Positions 40,922 to 51,401 of a stretch of DNA of 64,000 nt are shown here, one piece after another (positions within the stretch are counted from its first letter, which is position 1; every line of letters starts with the position of its first letter). This DNA is from Antedon mediterranea (taxonomy: Eukaryota > Animalia > Echinodermata), in contig NC_092675.1 in the NCBI RefSeq assembly GCF_964355755.1, forward strand, positions 28,554,912 through 28,618,911, read 5' to 3'. Made by a program: the position numbers and the translations under genes. Below the pieces are notes generated by a model that was not told the origin of the DNA, did no database searches, and saw only the letters and a program-made list of their open reading frames with translations.

Positions 40922-40983
40922 CTAAAATTTAAACAAAAAGAGAAAAATATATATAAACTAACTGAACATAAGGCATAACTTCT

Positions 40984-43900
40984 CTATACGTCATACCGGG
41001 CCGGTCGCCTCCGGGCCCTGGGAAATCTCCCGGTTCGTTGTGCTTCGGGTGATGGTTCCACGACGACTGGTGGTTCCATCACAGATAATGTAATTTGGTC
41101 TTCTGTCTCCTCCAGTGGCTCCATAACCTGCAGAGTGCTTGGAGCTTCAGCCTCCTCCGTTGGCCCCACGTCGTCCATCTGTGGTTCCTCGGTCCTCACA
41201 GGTGGTTGCGTCCAGCCCTCCATGGGTCTCCCTTCGTAAACCTTCAGTCGGTCCACGTGGACCACTTTACACTTCTTTCGGGGTCCCTCCTGTATCCGAA
41301 ATGTTACCTCCGACAATTTCTTCAGCACCATATAGGGTCCTTGCCACCGGCACTGTAGTTTTGGCGATTTGCCCACGGTTTTAGCAGAGTTGTATAGCCA
41401 TACAAATTGCCCTTCGGAAAGGTTCTGCTTGCTCGCCTTTTGGTCATAAGTTCTCTTCTGTCTCCTAGCACTCTGCCCAAGTCCAACTCGCGCCCGTTCG
41501 TGGGCTGCACGAAGTTTTGTGCGCAGTTTCTCGACGTAGTCAGTCTTTAGGTCAATATCCGTCGCTCCATCAGTGGGTAGCATCAGGTCCAGAGGAATCG
41601 TCACTTCTCGTCCTAACACCATCATGTTCGGTGTTTCCCCAGTAGATTCCTGTGGAGTGCATCTGTATGCAAACGTTGCAAATGGTACATGCTCATCCCA
41701 GTCTCTCTGATTTCGATGCGGATCCAGCATAATTGCCAACATGTGGACAAGAGTCCGGTTGAACCGTTCAACCATCCCATCGGACTTCGGGTTGTACGGT
41801 GTGGTTCGAGTCTTGTCAATTCCCAGAAGTTCGCACATCTCGGCGATTAAATCAGATTCGAAATTTCTTCCTTGATCGGTATGCACTTGCCGTGGGACCC
41901 CGTACCTCAGAACAAAGTTCTCTACAAGACAGCGAGCAATGGTCTCTGCCCTTTCATTTGGTATAGGGTACGCTTCCATCCATTTGGAAAAATAATCACC
42001 AACGACGAGTATGTACTTATTGCCTCGATCGGTCTCGGGGAAAGGTCCGGTGATGTCCATCGCAATCCTTTCCATCGGGCTACCAACAGCCTGTTGTTGG
42101 AGGGGTGCTCGTTTCTTCTTTGGCGGTGATTTTCTACGGGCACACGCGTCGCACTGTCGAATCCAGGTTCTGATCCAGCTGCGCATTTCCGGCCAGAAAT
42201 ATCGTCTCATCACTTTCGCAGTAGTTTTCGCAACCCCCAGGTGCCCGCTAGTTTGGCCCCCATGCAGTTCCGCTAGTGCTGCCTCTCTCATTTCGACTGG
42301 AAGAACCAACTTCCAGTTTATAGCACTCCCGTCATCGGACTCCCATCTCCGGTACAGAACTCTGTCCCGCAACTCCAGTAAGTCCCATAACTGCCAGTAT
42401 GTTTTGTCAGTCCGGCTCAATCCCGCCATCTCTTCCCACGTTGGCCGGGGTCTACCTTGTTCCTTGGTTTCCATGACCCATTGCATGTGTGTGTCCTCCA
42501 ACTGCGCTCTACGAACGTCTTCGAGATTGGCTCTTGGTTGTAACTGTACTAGTCGCACAGAGGCATTCGGTTTTAAGGTACACATCGTCAGATCCGTCTC
42601 GGTTTCTATGGGTGTCCATGCATCCATCTTCTTCTGTAGTCTGTCCGCCGCTTTGCCACATTGACCACACGGTTTCCTAGATAGCCCGTCGGCGTTTCCA
42701 TGTTTTAGTCCGGGTCGGTGGATCACTTCAAAATCATATTCCCCTATCGCTTGTAGCCATCTGGCAAGTTGTCCTTCCGGCTCCTTGAAATTTGTTAGCC
42801 AGCGCAATGACGCGTGGTCCGTCCGAATTAGAATGTGACGTCCATAGAGATACTGACGATGATGCTTTAAGTACACTACCACGGCCAGCAGCTCTCGTCT
42901 AGTAGCACAGTAATTTCGTTCAGATTTACTTAGCGTACGGCTTGCATAACTGATGACCCTTTCTTCCTGTCCCTGGATTTGCGATAGCACCCCACCAATT
43001 CCAACATCACTCGCATCAGTGTCCAATATGAACTGTCCCTCGGCCTAACGGGTAAGCTAACACGGGTGATCGCATCAATCGTTCTTTCAATTCCACAAAA
43101 GCTCCCTCACAATCTACATCCCATGAGAAACGTCTGGCCTTCTCCGTCAGTCTATACAACGGTACAGCTATTGAAGCAAATCCGTTGATAAAACGCCTAT
43201 AGTAGGAGGCTAGTCCCAAGAAACTGCGGACGTCTCTGACGGTGGTTGGTGTCGGCCATTCCTTCACGGCTTCGATCTTGGCCGGGTCAGTCTTCACGCC
43301 TGCATGAGAGACTCGATGCCCCAGATACGACACCTCCTGTTTGAACAGGGTACATTTCTTCGGTTTTAATTTCAGACCCGCTCCTCGCAATCGGTTAAAG
43401 ACTTCCCTGAGGCGATTGATCGCTTCCTCCACAGTCCTCCCGTATACAATTACGTCGTCTAGGTACACCAGTAGTATGTCCCATTGCAACCCGGACAACA
43501 CGCGTTCCATTAGCCTTTCGAAAGTCGAAGGGGCGTTGCACAGTCCGAACGGCATCACCTTCCAGGAATACAGTCCTCCTCGCACCACAAACGCAGATTT
43601 AGCCTTAGCGTCCTCATCCAATTCCACCTGCCAATACCCTGAAGCGAGGTCTAAAGTGGAGAACCACCGGGATCCAGACAGTGCATCAAGTGAGTCGTTT
43701 ATCCTAGGTATGGGATAGGCATCCTTTATGGTAACTGAATTTAGGCGTCTGTAATCCACGCAGAAGCGTTGTGTACCGTCTTTCTTCGTGACCAAAACAA
43801 CATTCGAGGCCCACGGACTCTCCGAAGGTTCTATTAAACCCTTGTCCAATAGGCCCTGTACCTGGCGATTTATCTCGTCACTGGCTCTCATCGATTGGCG

Positions 43901-44950
43901 CCGGGGCGGTTCCTTCACTGGCCGTGCACCTCCAACATTTATGTGGTGTTTTACCTCGCCTGTCCTTCCCAAGTCAAAGTCTCCCTTCGAGAACACATCT
44001 TGGAATTCTGTCAACAGTGACGCAACCGGTCCGTGGTATTGCCCGTCGATGGCCGTCACACTTCGTTTCAATAAATCCTCCAAGTGCTCAGGTACTCTTC
44101 TGCCAGAAACTGGCGTCGTCGGGTTATGTTTTGTTTTGATTTGTTCTTCTGATATAGGCGTTAATTTCCCAACCGTTGTTCCGCCTCGAAGGACTCGCCG
44201 TTCTTTCCCCGGGTTAAAGACACGTAACGGTAGTTTCCCGTCCTCCACCCTCACCAGTGTTCGTGCTAGAATCAAGCCATTTTTCGCCATCTCCTCCTCT
44301 TGGTTAGGCTCCACCATTCCTACCACCGGGTGGCTCGTCAGCAACCTGGCGAAGCCGGTTACTAGGTGTTCGTGGCCTGGTAGGATCACGGTTGTGTCTT
44401 CGATCGTTATGCTAGAATTGAATTTGTTACCTCCTGGCCCAGTCAAGTTAATTACGTCGCCGCCAATTTTTATTTGTAATTTCCCTAGATCCAATAATGA
44501 TCCCGTTGATGTGAGTACGTCCATCCCGAGTAATCCGTTAACCTTCAGGTTCGCAAACGTCACCCTGACGGATTGAAATGTTGGGCCGACTTTTAGTCCG
44601 ACGTACGCACATCCGATGGTCTCCAGTGAAGTTCCATCTGCTTGTTGGAGGTTCCTCCTGGCCTTCTCCAGTCCTGGTCGCCTTTCTCTTGGTATTTCGT
44701 AGTATATATTAGAGGACATGACAGTGTCGGAAGCTCCCGTATCAACGAGTAGGGTAGTTTTGATTCCGTTGACCTCGGCTGGTGCGTAAAGTCCTTCCAT
44801 GGGGGTGTACTCCGAACGTGTCCTCTTTTCTGGCACGTCTACGGTTTCGCCGTCGGTGTTTCTCCGCTTCTTTGCATCTGTTTGGAGGTTGGGTCCTCGG
44901 TCTCTCCCAGCCTTCCCTTGACCCCTGGAGTCGGCTGTCCGTCGTTTCCC
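40984..44950 (-). CDS. Gypsy B pol (PR-RT-RH-IN), entered by -1 frameshift; one extra base near 43045
   Basis: LVDTGAS; LDLASGYWQ; MPFGL; YLDD; DTDASD; GHLG zinc finger; DITGP..HTDQGRNFES..GMVERFN; WQGPY. Confidence 0.95.
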
Positions 44951-46086
44951 GATTGGCGCTGGAGAGCCTCAGGACACATCCGTGCAATGTGCCCTTCCTG
45001 GTGACAATTGTAGCACTGTATCGTCTTTCTTCGCTGCCGCATATTTCTATCCTCTCGAGGTCGGTTTTCCACTGCCGGCGACGGCGTCCAATTCGACCGC
45101 TGGTTCGCCTCCATTCGTTCCATCCAGCTGGTTATTCTCCTCTCGAAAGCCGCCTGCCTCGATTCTTCCTCGGGTATAATTGGCCTAACTTATTTCGCAG
45201 GCTGTCTCAGGGGGCGTTCCTCTTCCAATTTCACGAAACTCTCAGTGGCTAACGCCGCTCGTATAGCTTCGTCTAGGGTGGAAGGTGTTGCTCGGAAGAT
45301 TCCTTCCCTTATTTCAGGTCTTCCCACTGCCTCCATGTAGTGTCCTTTAGCTAGGCGTTCCACCCCGGCCTCGTCAAATTCAGGATATGCCATGTATGCC
45401 AGTTCTCGAACAGCCTGCCCCAGTTCTTGTAGACTCTCTTTTGGTCCTTGCCTTCTCAGTCGTAACGACATCAGGTGATTTTCGGCTTTCCGTCCCGGTC
45501 CGAACCTCTGTTCCAGAGCATCCAGCAATTCTTTGTAAGTTGTTTCCCGTCCTTGGCTAGCCCCGAGGACCTTTAGAGCCTGCCCCTTCAGACTTGCTTT
45601 TAAGAATGCTCCAGCCTGTTTATCGTCCCAGGAATTCGCAGCTTTACACGCCTCAAAGTGTTGTGCGTAATCCCTCCAGGGTGTCTTCCCTTCGTATCTG
45701 TCTGGAGTTATGATTGGTTTTTGGAAGTCTCTTCCGAATTTCTTAGCGAACGCCTCATGTCCGACTATCCTCGGCTCTCTAATTAAGGGCCATGGCGTTG
45801 ATGGAGCTGACATCGGCTGTGTAGTCCCTTTATTCTCCGTAGAGTGTACCCTTGGTGGCCCGAAAGAAAGTAAGCTGCTCGGAGCCCCACTCGCCCCTTC
45901 CGGTTCTGCTGGGGTCCTCAGAAAGCTGCTAAAGTCAGGCACTGGTCTGGGGACTGGCTCAGTCACTTCAGTCTTATTCACATTGGCAGATTTTATCTCC
46001 TCCTCCAGTCGGCGTACCTCCTGGCTCCAGTATTCCAGCGAATCTGCATCCGCCGACGGTGGTTCAACATCGAGGAAGTTTGCCAT
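44839..46086 (-). CDS. Gypsy B gag (in-frame TAA at 45190-45192)
   Basis: PDRYEGKTPWRDY..FE, RRQGPKESLQEL capsid motifs; CYNCHQEGHIARMC knuckle in the same frame past the stop. Confidence 0.88.
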
Positions 46087-46097
46087 CTTATATCTCT

Positions 46098-46433
46098 ATA
46101 ATTGTTCCTAGCGAGAATAGAATACTCGCACTTCAAACGATAATAATTCCTAGCGAGAATAGAATACTCGCACTTCAAACGATAATAATTCCTAGCGAGA
46201 ATAGAATACTCGCACTTCAAACGATAATAATTCCTAGCGAGAATAGAATACTCGCACTTCAAACGATAATAATTCCTGGCGAGAATAGAATACTCGCACT
46301 TCAAACGATAATAATTCCTAGCGAGAATAGAATACTCGCACTTCAAACGATAATAATTCCTAGCGAGAATAGAATACTCGCACTTCAAACGATAATAATT
46401 CCTAGCGAGAATAGAATACTCGCACTTCAAACG
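46098..46433. repeat. 8 x 42-bp tandem array in the Gypsy B leader
   Basis: Unit ATAATAATTCCTAGCGAGAATAGAATACTCGCACTTCAAACG, nearly invariant, no spacers. Confidence 0.95.
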
Positions 46434-46485
46434 TAGGCCTCCCGTAACAACTTCCGTAGCAAAGCAATCCCACTTCTGACACCAA

Positions 46486-46981
46486 TGTAACGGATTCTTC
46501 ACTTGTTGTAGGTTGTTCGTCTGTCGGTCAGGCCGTAAGAGTCGCTATACGGAACGAGGAAAATAAAACTACATACCACATAAATTGGAGTCTTTCATTT
46601 ATTTCTTCAAACCTGTCAGGCAACCTTCCACCATAAATCAAGAAACAAATAAGTAGAGTAAACGGTCCCACCGGGTATCGGTAATTAATTAGGCCTGCCC
46701 CCTACTGGGCGTCTCGGAACACAGCCGAGCTCCACTATAATCCACAATTATAGAATTACTACAGGTCCTACCTTCCACCGTACCGATCTCCCAAATATCT
46801 TCTACTAACTTTAAAAACACGTCTACCTCACTTGAAACCCGAGCTAAGACTAACTACATTGGGCGAATCATGGCCATCACATGGCCGTTCCCCATCTATT
46901 TCCACCAGCCAATCGGCTTCCATACAGAAGTAGGCCCGGTCGATTATCAAAATGGGGTGGCACCACACCTAATTCATTACA
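46486..46981 (-). repeat. Gypsy B 5' LTR
   Basis: 496-bp direct repeat adjacent to the PBS at 46466-46484. Confidence 0.95.
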
Positions 46982-47820
46982 CTATGTTCACCAATTTTTT
47001 AATTTACAAGTAACCTTCTGTACCGTGGTGGGGCACCTAAAATAAATTTTTCATCCATTACTAAACAAAAAAACATGCCATTTTCGCTTAGCCAACATCT
47101 TATTATAGCTAAGTTATTACATTTTCAATGTCCTGTATGTCATGAATTTCTCACCAATCGGAAGTTCAGATAGTACGCACGCATACACTTGGGAGGAATA
47201 AACTTATTTCCCCGACTGAAAAAGTTCTACGCTTGCGTTTTTTAAGCCTCTAGGCCTGATGTTTCCAAAGTATGAAATGCAATTTTTTTAAGACCCGCAG
47301 CTCTAGTTTTAAACAGTTTCTTAGCTCAGCCCCAACAATAAAGCTGGTCATATTTCGAAGTACAAGAAGTGCATTTTCCGGGACCTAACATCTCTATTTT
47401 TCAAACATTTCTTAGATCAGTCACAATCATGATAGGGACTTATATATTTTGTTTCATGTTTTGAAGTATATTAAGTCCAATTTCCGGGACCTCCAACTCT
47501 ATTTTTCTAAATTTTTTTTGAACTTTTATTTTTTAAATTGAAAAATATGGATTGAAACAGTCATCGCGCATCGTTTTTTTTGCACGCAGTATTTTATTTA
47601 TGCATTATAAAAAATGGAAAAAATGGCTACCCTAAATCTGATTAAAATGACCTCAAATGACGCTAGAACGCGTTGCTTCCGGGGGCTTCGCCCCCTGGAC
47701 CCCCACCGGGGGCCCTTGGCGGCCCCCTGTCCCTCAGCCTAGTGATGCTTGCTTCGCTCGCATAGCCCCCTCGTCGGGGAATGTAGCCCCCGCGTCGGGA
47801 AGATCCTGGCGCCACCCCTG

Positions 47821-50620
47821 CACTAACCGATCTTTCGGCAGCCCCATTTGTGGGTGCATGATATACAGGTGAAAACGTTAATGCAATACCATTATTTTGG
47901 CAAAATATTTTAAAGTCTGTACTTGCAAACTGAGGACTGTTATCACAAACAATTTCCACGGGTAAACCGAAACGTGCAAATATTAGTTTTAGTTCCTCAA
48001 TGGTTCTAGTACTTGTGGTTGTTTTCATATGAACTACCTCTAACCACTTTGAGTGACTATCAATTAACACTAAGAAATTATCTTTATCCTTCTCACAAAA
48101 ATCAATGTGAATTCTCTGGAATGGTCTAGTTGGCCATTTCCAAGGAATAAGTGGTGTGGTACGTAGGTAAACAACTCCTAACACTTGGGCATGGATTACA
48201 ACTCTTAACCTTATTCTCAATATCTAGATCTAGCTTAGGCCACCACAGGTATGATCGGGCAATTGCCTTCATCTGGCAAATTCCAGGGTGTTCCCAATGT
48301 AATTCTGTTAGCATTTTATCTCGTAATTCAGTAGGAATAATAACTCTAGGACCCCATAATAGGCTATTTCCAACACATGTTAGCTCAAGCTTTCTCTGTA
48401 CAAATGGTTTCAAACTATTATTTTCACTTAGAAGTTTACATGCAGCCTCATTAGGCCATCCTTGCTTTACATAATTAAGTACCTTACTTAAAGTTTCATC
48501 TTTAATAGTCTTTCGTTCAATTTCATCTGCTTTGATTGGAAAGTCTTCATCAATACTGATACTGTAGATCTCATGTTCAAGTTGTTGGGTTTCTTCTTTA
48601 TGTGGTAAGCGCGATAAAGCGTCTGCCACTGCGTTATCCTCTGAACGTATGTATTCTATTTCGTAGTTGTATTCGTTAAGTAGTAACGCCCACCGTTGGA
48701 TTCTACTAGCGGCCACTACCGGCACCTCGGTGGTTGGACCTAGTATCTTAGTTAATGGTTTGTGGTCCGTACGAATCGTAAATTTTCGACCTATGAGATA
48801 CTTGTTAAAGCGCTTGATTCCACAAATAATTGATAACGCTTCCTTCTCGAGCTATGCATAACCTTGTTCACTCTTTGTTAGCGTTCGCGATGCGTAATGA
48901 ATGGGTCTCTCTGTATTATCATCCATTATGTGCGAAATAACAGCACCTATGCCATAAGGACTAGCATCAGTACACAAAATTAATGGTCGCTTTACATAAT
49001 AATGTGTTAAACACAAATCTGAAGTTAGTTGTTTCTTACACCAGTCAAATGCGTTTTGGTAATCCGCTGTCCATTTCCATTCTACGTCATCTTTCAACAG
49101 TGTATTTAATGGTTTCAATACTGTAGATAAGTTCTGTAAGAATTTCGAATAGAACTGCACCATCCCTAGGAAGGATCTTAGTTGTTTGGTGTTTTGTGGC
49201 TGCGGAGCCTCTTTAATCGGTTTGATTTTGCTATCAACCGGAGATATACCATGTTTGTCGACTCGCAATCCCAAATACACTACTTCGCTTTCCAAAAATT
49301 TGCACTTGGAAGTTTTTAGTTTTACATTGTTGTCTTTGAAACGTTTAAATACAGTCTCTAATACTCTTAAGTTCTCGGCTTCGGTTTTCGTATGGATCAA
49401 AACATCATCTTGATTGCATAAGCAAAATTCAATCCCTGTTAACATCTTATCCATTTGTTTTTGGAACAGCTTTGATGCGATATGCAGGTTTAATTCCATA
49501 CGGCAGTTTGTTAAACGTATATAGACCTTTGTGTGTGTTTATAGTTACAAACTCTTTACTCTCTTCGTCAATATTCAACTGTGTGTGCGCATGTGATAAG
49601 TCAAGCTTTGTAAATACACGTTTTCCTGAAAGTTCAGAGTACAAATCATCAGCACTGGGTAAGCTGTATTCTTCATCTGTTACATGTTGGTTTATGGTAA
49701 CACTATAGTCCCCACAAATTCTAACAGTACCGTCGGATTTAGGAACTACTACTATAGGTGATGCCCAATTTGATGTTTCTACTTTCGTTAGTACATGTTC
49801 ATTTTCTAATCTAACCAACTCTCTTTCTACTTTAGATTTCATTGCATATGGTACAAATCTAGCTTTACAATATATGGGTTGAACATTTTGTTTCATGTTA
49901 ATATGAACTTTTTCTCCTGTAATACCTTTCTTATCAGACTCAAACAATTGTGCATGTTCTTTTAACAATGCCTGTAACTGAGAATTATCTCTCCAATTTA
50001 CACCCAATTCTTTTTGCAGACTATTTACATTTCTGGAATTTAAGTTTTGGGTTATTTTTGACCAGTCTAGTTTAACCACATTAAGCCAATCTACACCAAG
50101 TAAAGTCGGTTTAGCTTTATAGTCAGCTACGTTAGCACTCAGATAGTGTATGACATTTTGTTTGTCAACAACTTTACACTTAATTTTTCCAATTAACTTA
50201 AGTTTCTCACCACTGTATGTTTTAAGAGGAATAACATCTGGGTCAATTTTAATATGACTAAAATATTTGTTGTAGGTATCAATAGACATTATAGTATCGT
50301 CAGCTTGAGTATCAATTAGCATTTCAAGATTAACATCATTTACGTTTAAAATGGTTTTGAAATGACTTCTATCTATCTTATTATTACTTAATACAAATAT
50401 TGAATGATCACTGTCGCTATCATTGACACGTCTAGCTCGCCCTCGTGCACTTCCTGTTTGATTACCGCGTCTTCTATTACCACCGCGTGAACTTTGGTTG
50501 TTATGTCGCTGGTTGTTTCTACCACGTGAAGAATTTCCCTTGTGTGTACTCTTTGAATAACACTGTGTTGCGTAATGTCCTACTCTTGAACAACGATAGC
50601 ATATTCTATTGCTAGCTGGA
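47821..50620 (-). pseudogene. Gypsy A gag-pol remnant
   Basis: CYRCSRVGHYATQC; WASPIVVVPK..RICGDY; KLDLSHA; NQDD; CTDASPYGIGAV; RIHIDF; frameshifts near 49480 and 48175, stop at 48852. Confidence 0.9.
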
Positions 50621-51401
50621 CGCGATTTTTTTTTCCGTACGAGAGTTCCTCCCTCCATCGGTTCGTTTCGGACTCAATCGACTCTCTTCGGTATTCGGTA
50701 AAGTCAGCTCACTGATGCGTGACAACATAATACAATTTACATTTACAAACCGCGAGCTTACTTTCCCCGTTACTTTCACACAGGCTCTCACAATAGTAAA
50801 ATGAATCTACACTAATACGTGTTTTGATGACATTAATTAATAAATACTAGGCCTACTTAGTAATTACATTAAGAACCCAATAGCATATTGGAGATATTTA
50901 GGTCTACGACCCAATAGTAGGTCGTATCAGATATTATTTTTTGAAGTTGAACGACCTTTTGTCACGAACGAGTAGAGAGGCTCTTTTATCGTTTATGGTA
51001 TTGTAGCTAGCCTGTAGCTAGCCCATGGCTAGCCTAGCCAAGCTTGTGTAAGCCTATGCAAGGTATTACTTTTGAATTTAGAATGATTATGTACAGTAGG
51101 AATTCCTATGCACAGTGTATGTTTTTTATACCTTTTAAAATAATATTATTACCTTAAAGGTGTACGTATTAATTATCTCCAATCTTGAAACAAAGATTTC
51201 AGACTTTTAATAATAGGCAATTTTGGAGTTTTAATTAAGACTAGTTATAGACCTACAACTAATATTATTGTTTATTATGTGTATATGTAATTTGGAAAAT
51301 TATAAAAAATACATGCAAAGTAAAAAACATTCAATTACGGTACTGACACGACTGCAATAGTACAAATACATTTAATAATAACACATTTTCCAGAAAGCTT
51401 A

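Larger units (their letters stand above)
39541..46981 (-). mobile_element. Gypsy element B, full length and young
   Basis: LTRs 46486-46981 and 39541-40037 (TGT..ACA; I count 2 substitutions and 1 indel); PBS TGGTGTCAGAAGTGGGATT (tRNA-Leu); PPT GAGAGGGGGGCAG; imperfect 4-bp TSD GTAT/CTAT. Confidence 0.96.
38208..47820. mobile_element. Non-autonomous hAT element
   Basis: Perfect 8-bp TSD CACTAACC (38200-38207, 47821-47828); TIRs CAGTGGTCGCGCCA / CAGGGGTGGCGCCA; removing it restores integrase AAERSVSVIKEALTKQ. Confidence 0.88.
37411..50625 (-). mobile_element. Gypsy element A (Mag-like), degenerate, 5'-truncated, interrupted by a 9.6-kb insertion
   Basis: CCHC knuckle, protease, RT, RNase H and integrase fragments at 50620-47821 continuing at 38207-37860; PPT AAAAGAAGGAAGTAA then a 145-bp LTR at 37411-37555 (TGTAATATATT..AATATATAACA). 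Confidence 0.85.

Noticed and set aside
40470-46111. Long plus-strand ORFs within Gypsy B
   Set aside because: Antisense shadows of GC-rich gag/pol/ORF3 with no recognisable motifs.
46098-46433. CRISPR-like array (palindromic repeat, GTTTGAAG on the minus strand)
   Set aside because: Units are contiguous with no unique spacers, there are no cas genes, and it lies in a eukaryotic LTR element leader.
47663-47820. Gly/Pro/Arg-rich C-terminal extension of the Gypsy A integrase
   Set aside because: Read-through into the GC-rich hAT terminus; the true integrase continues at 38207.
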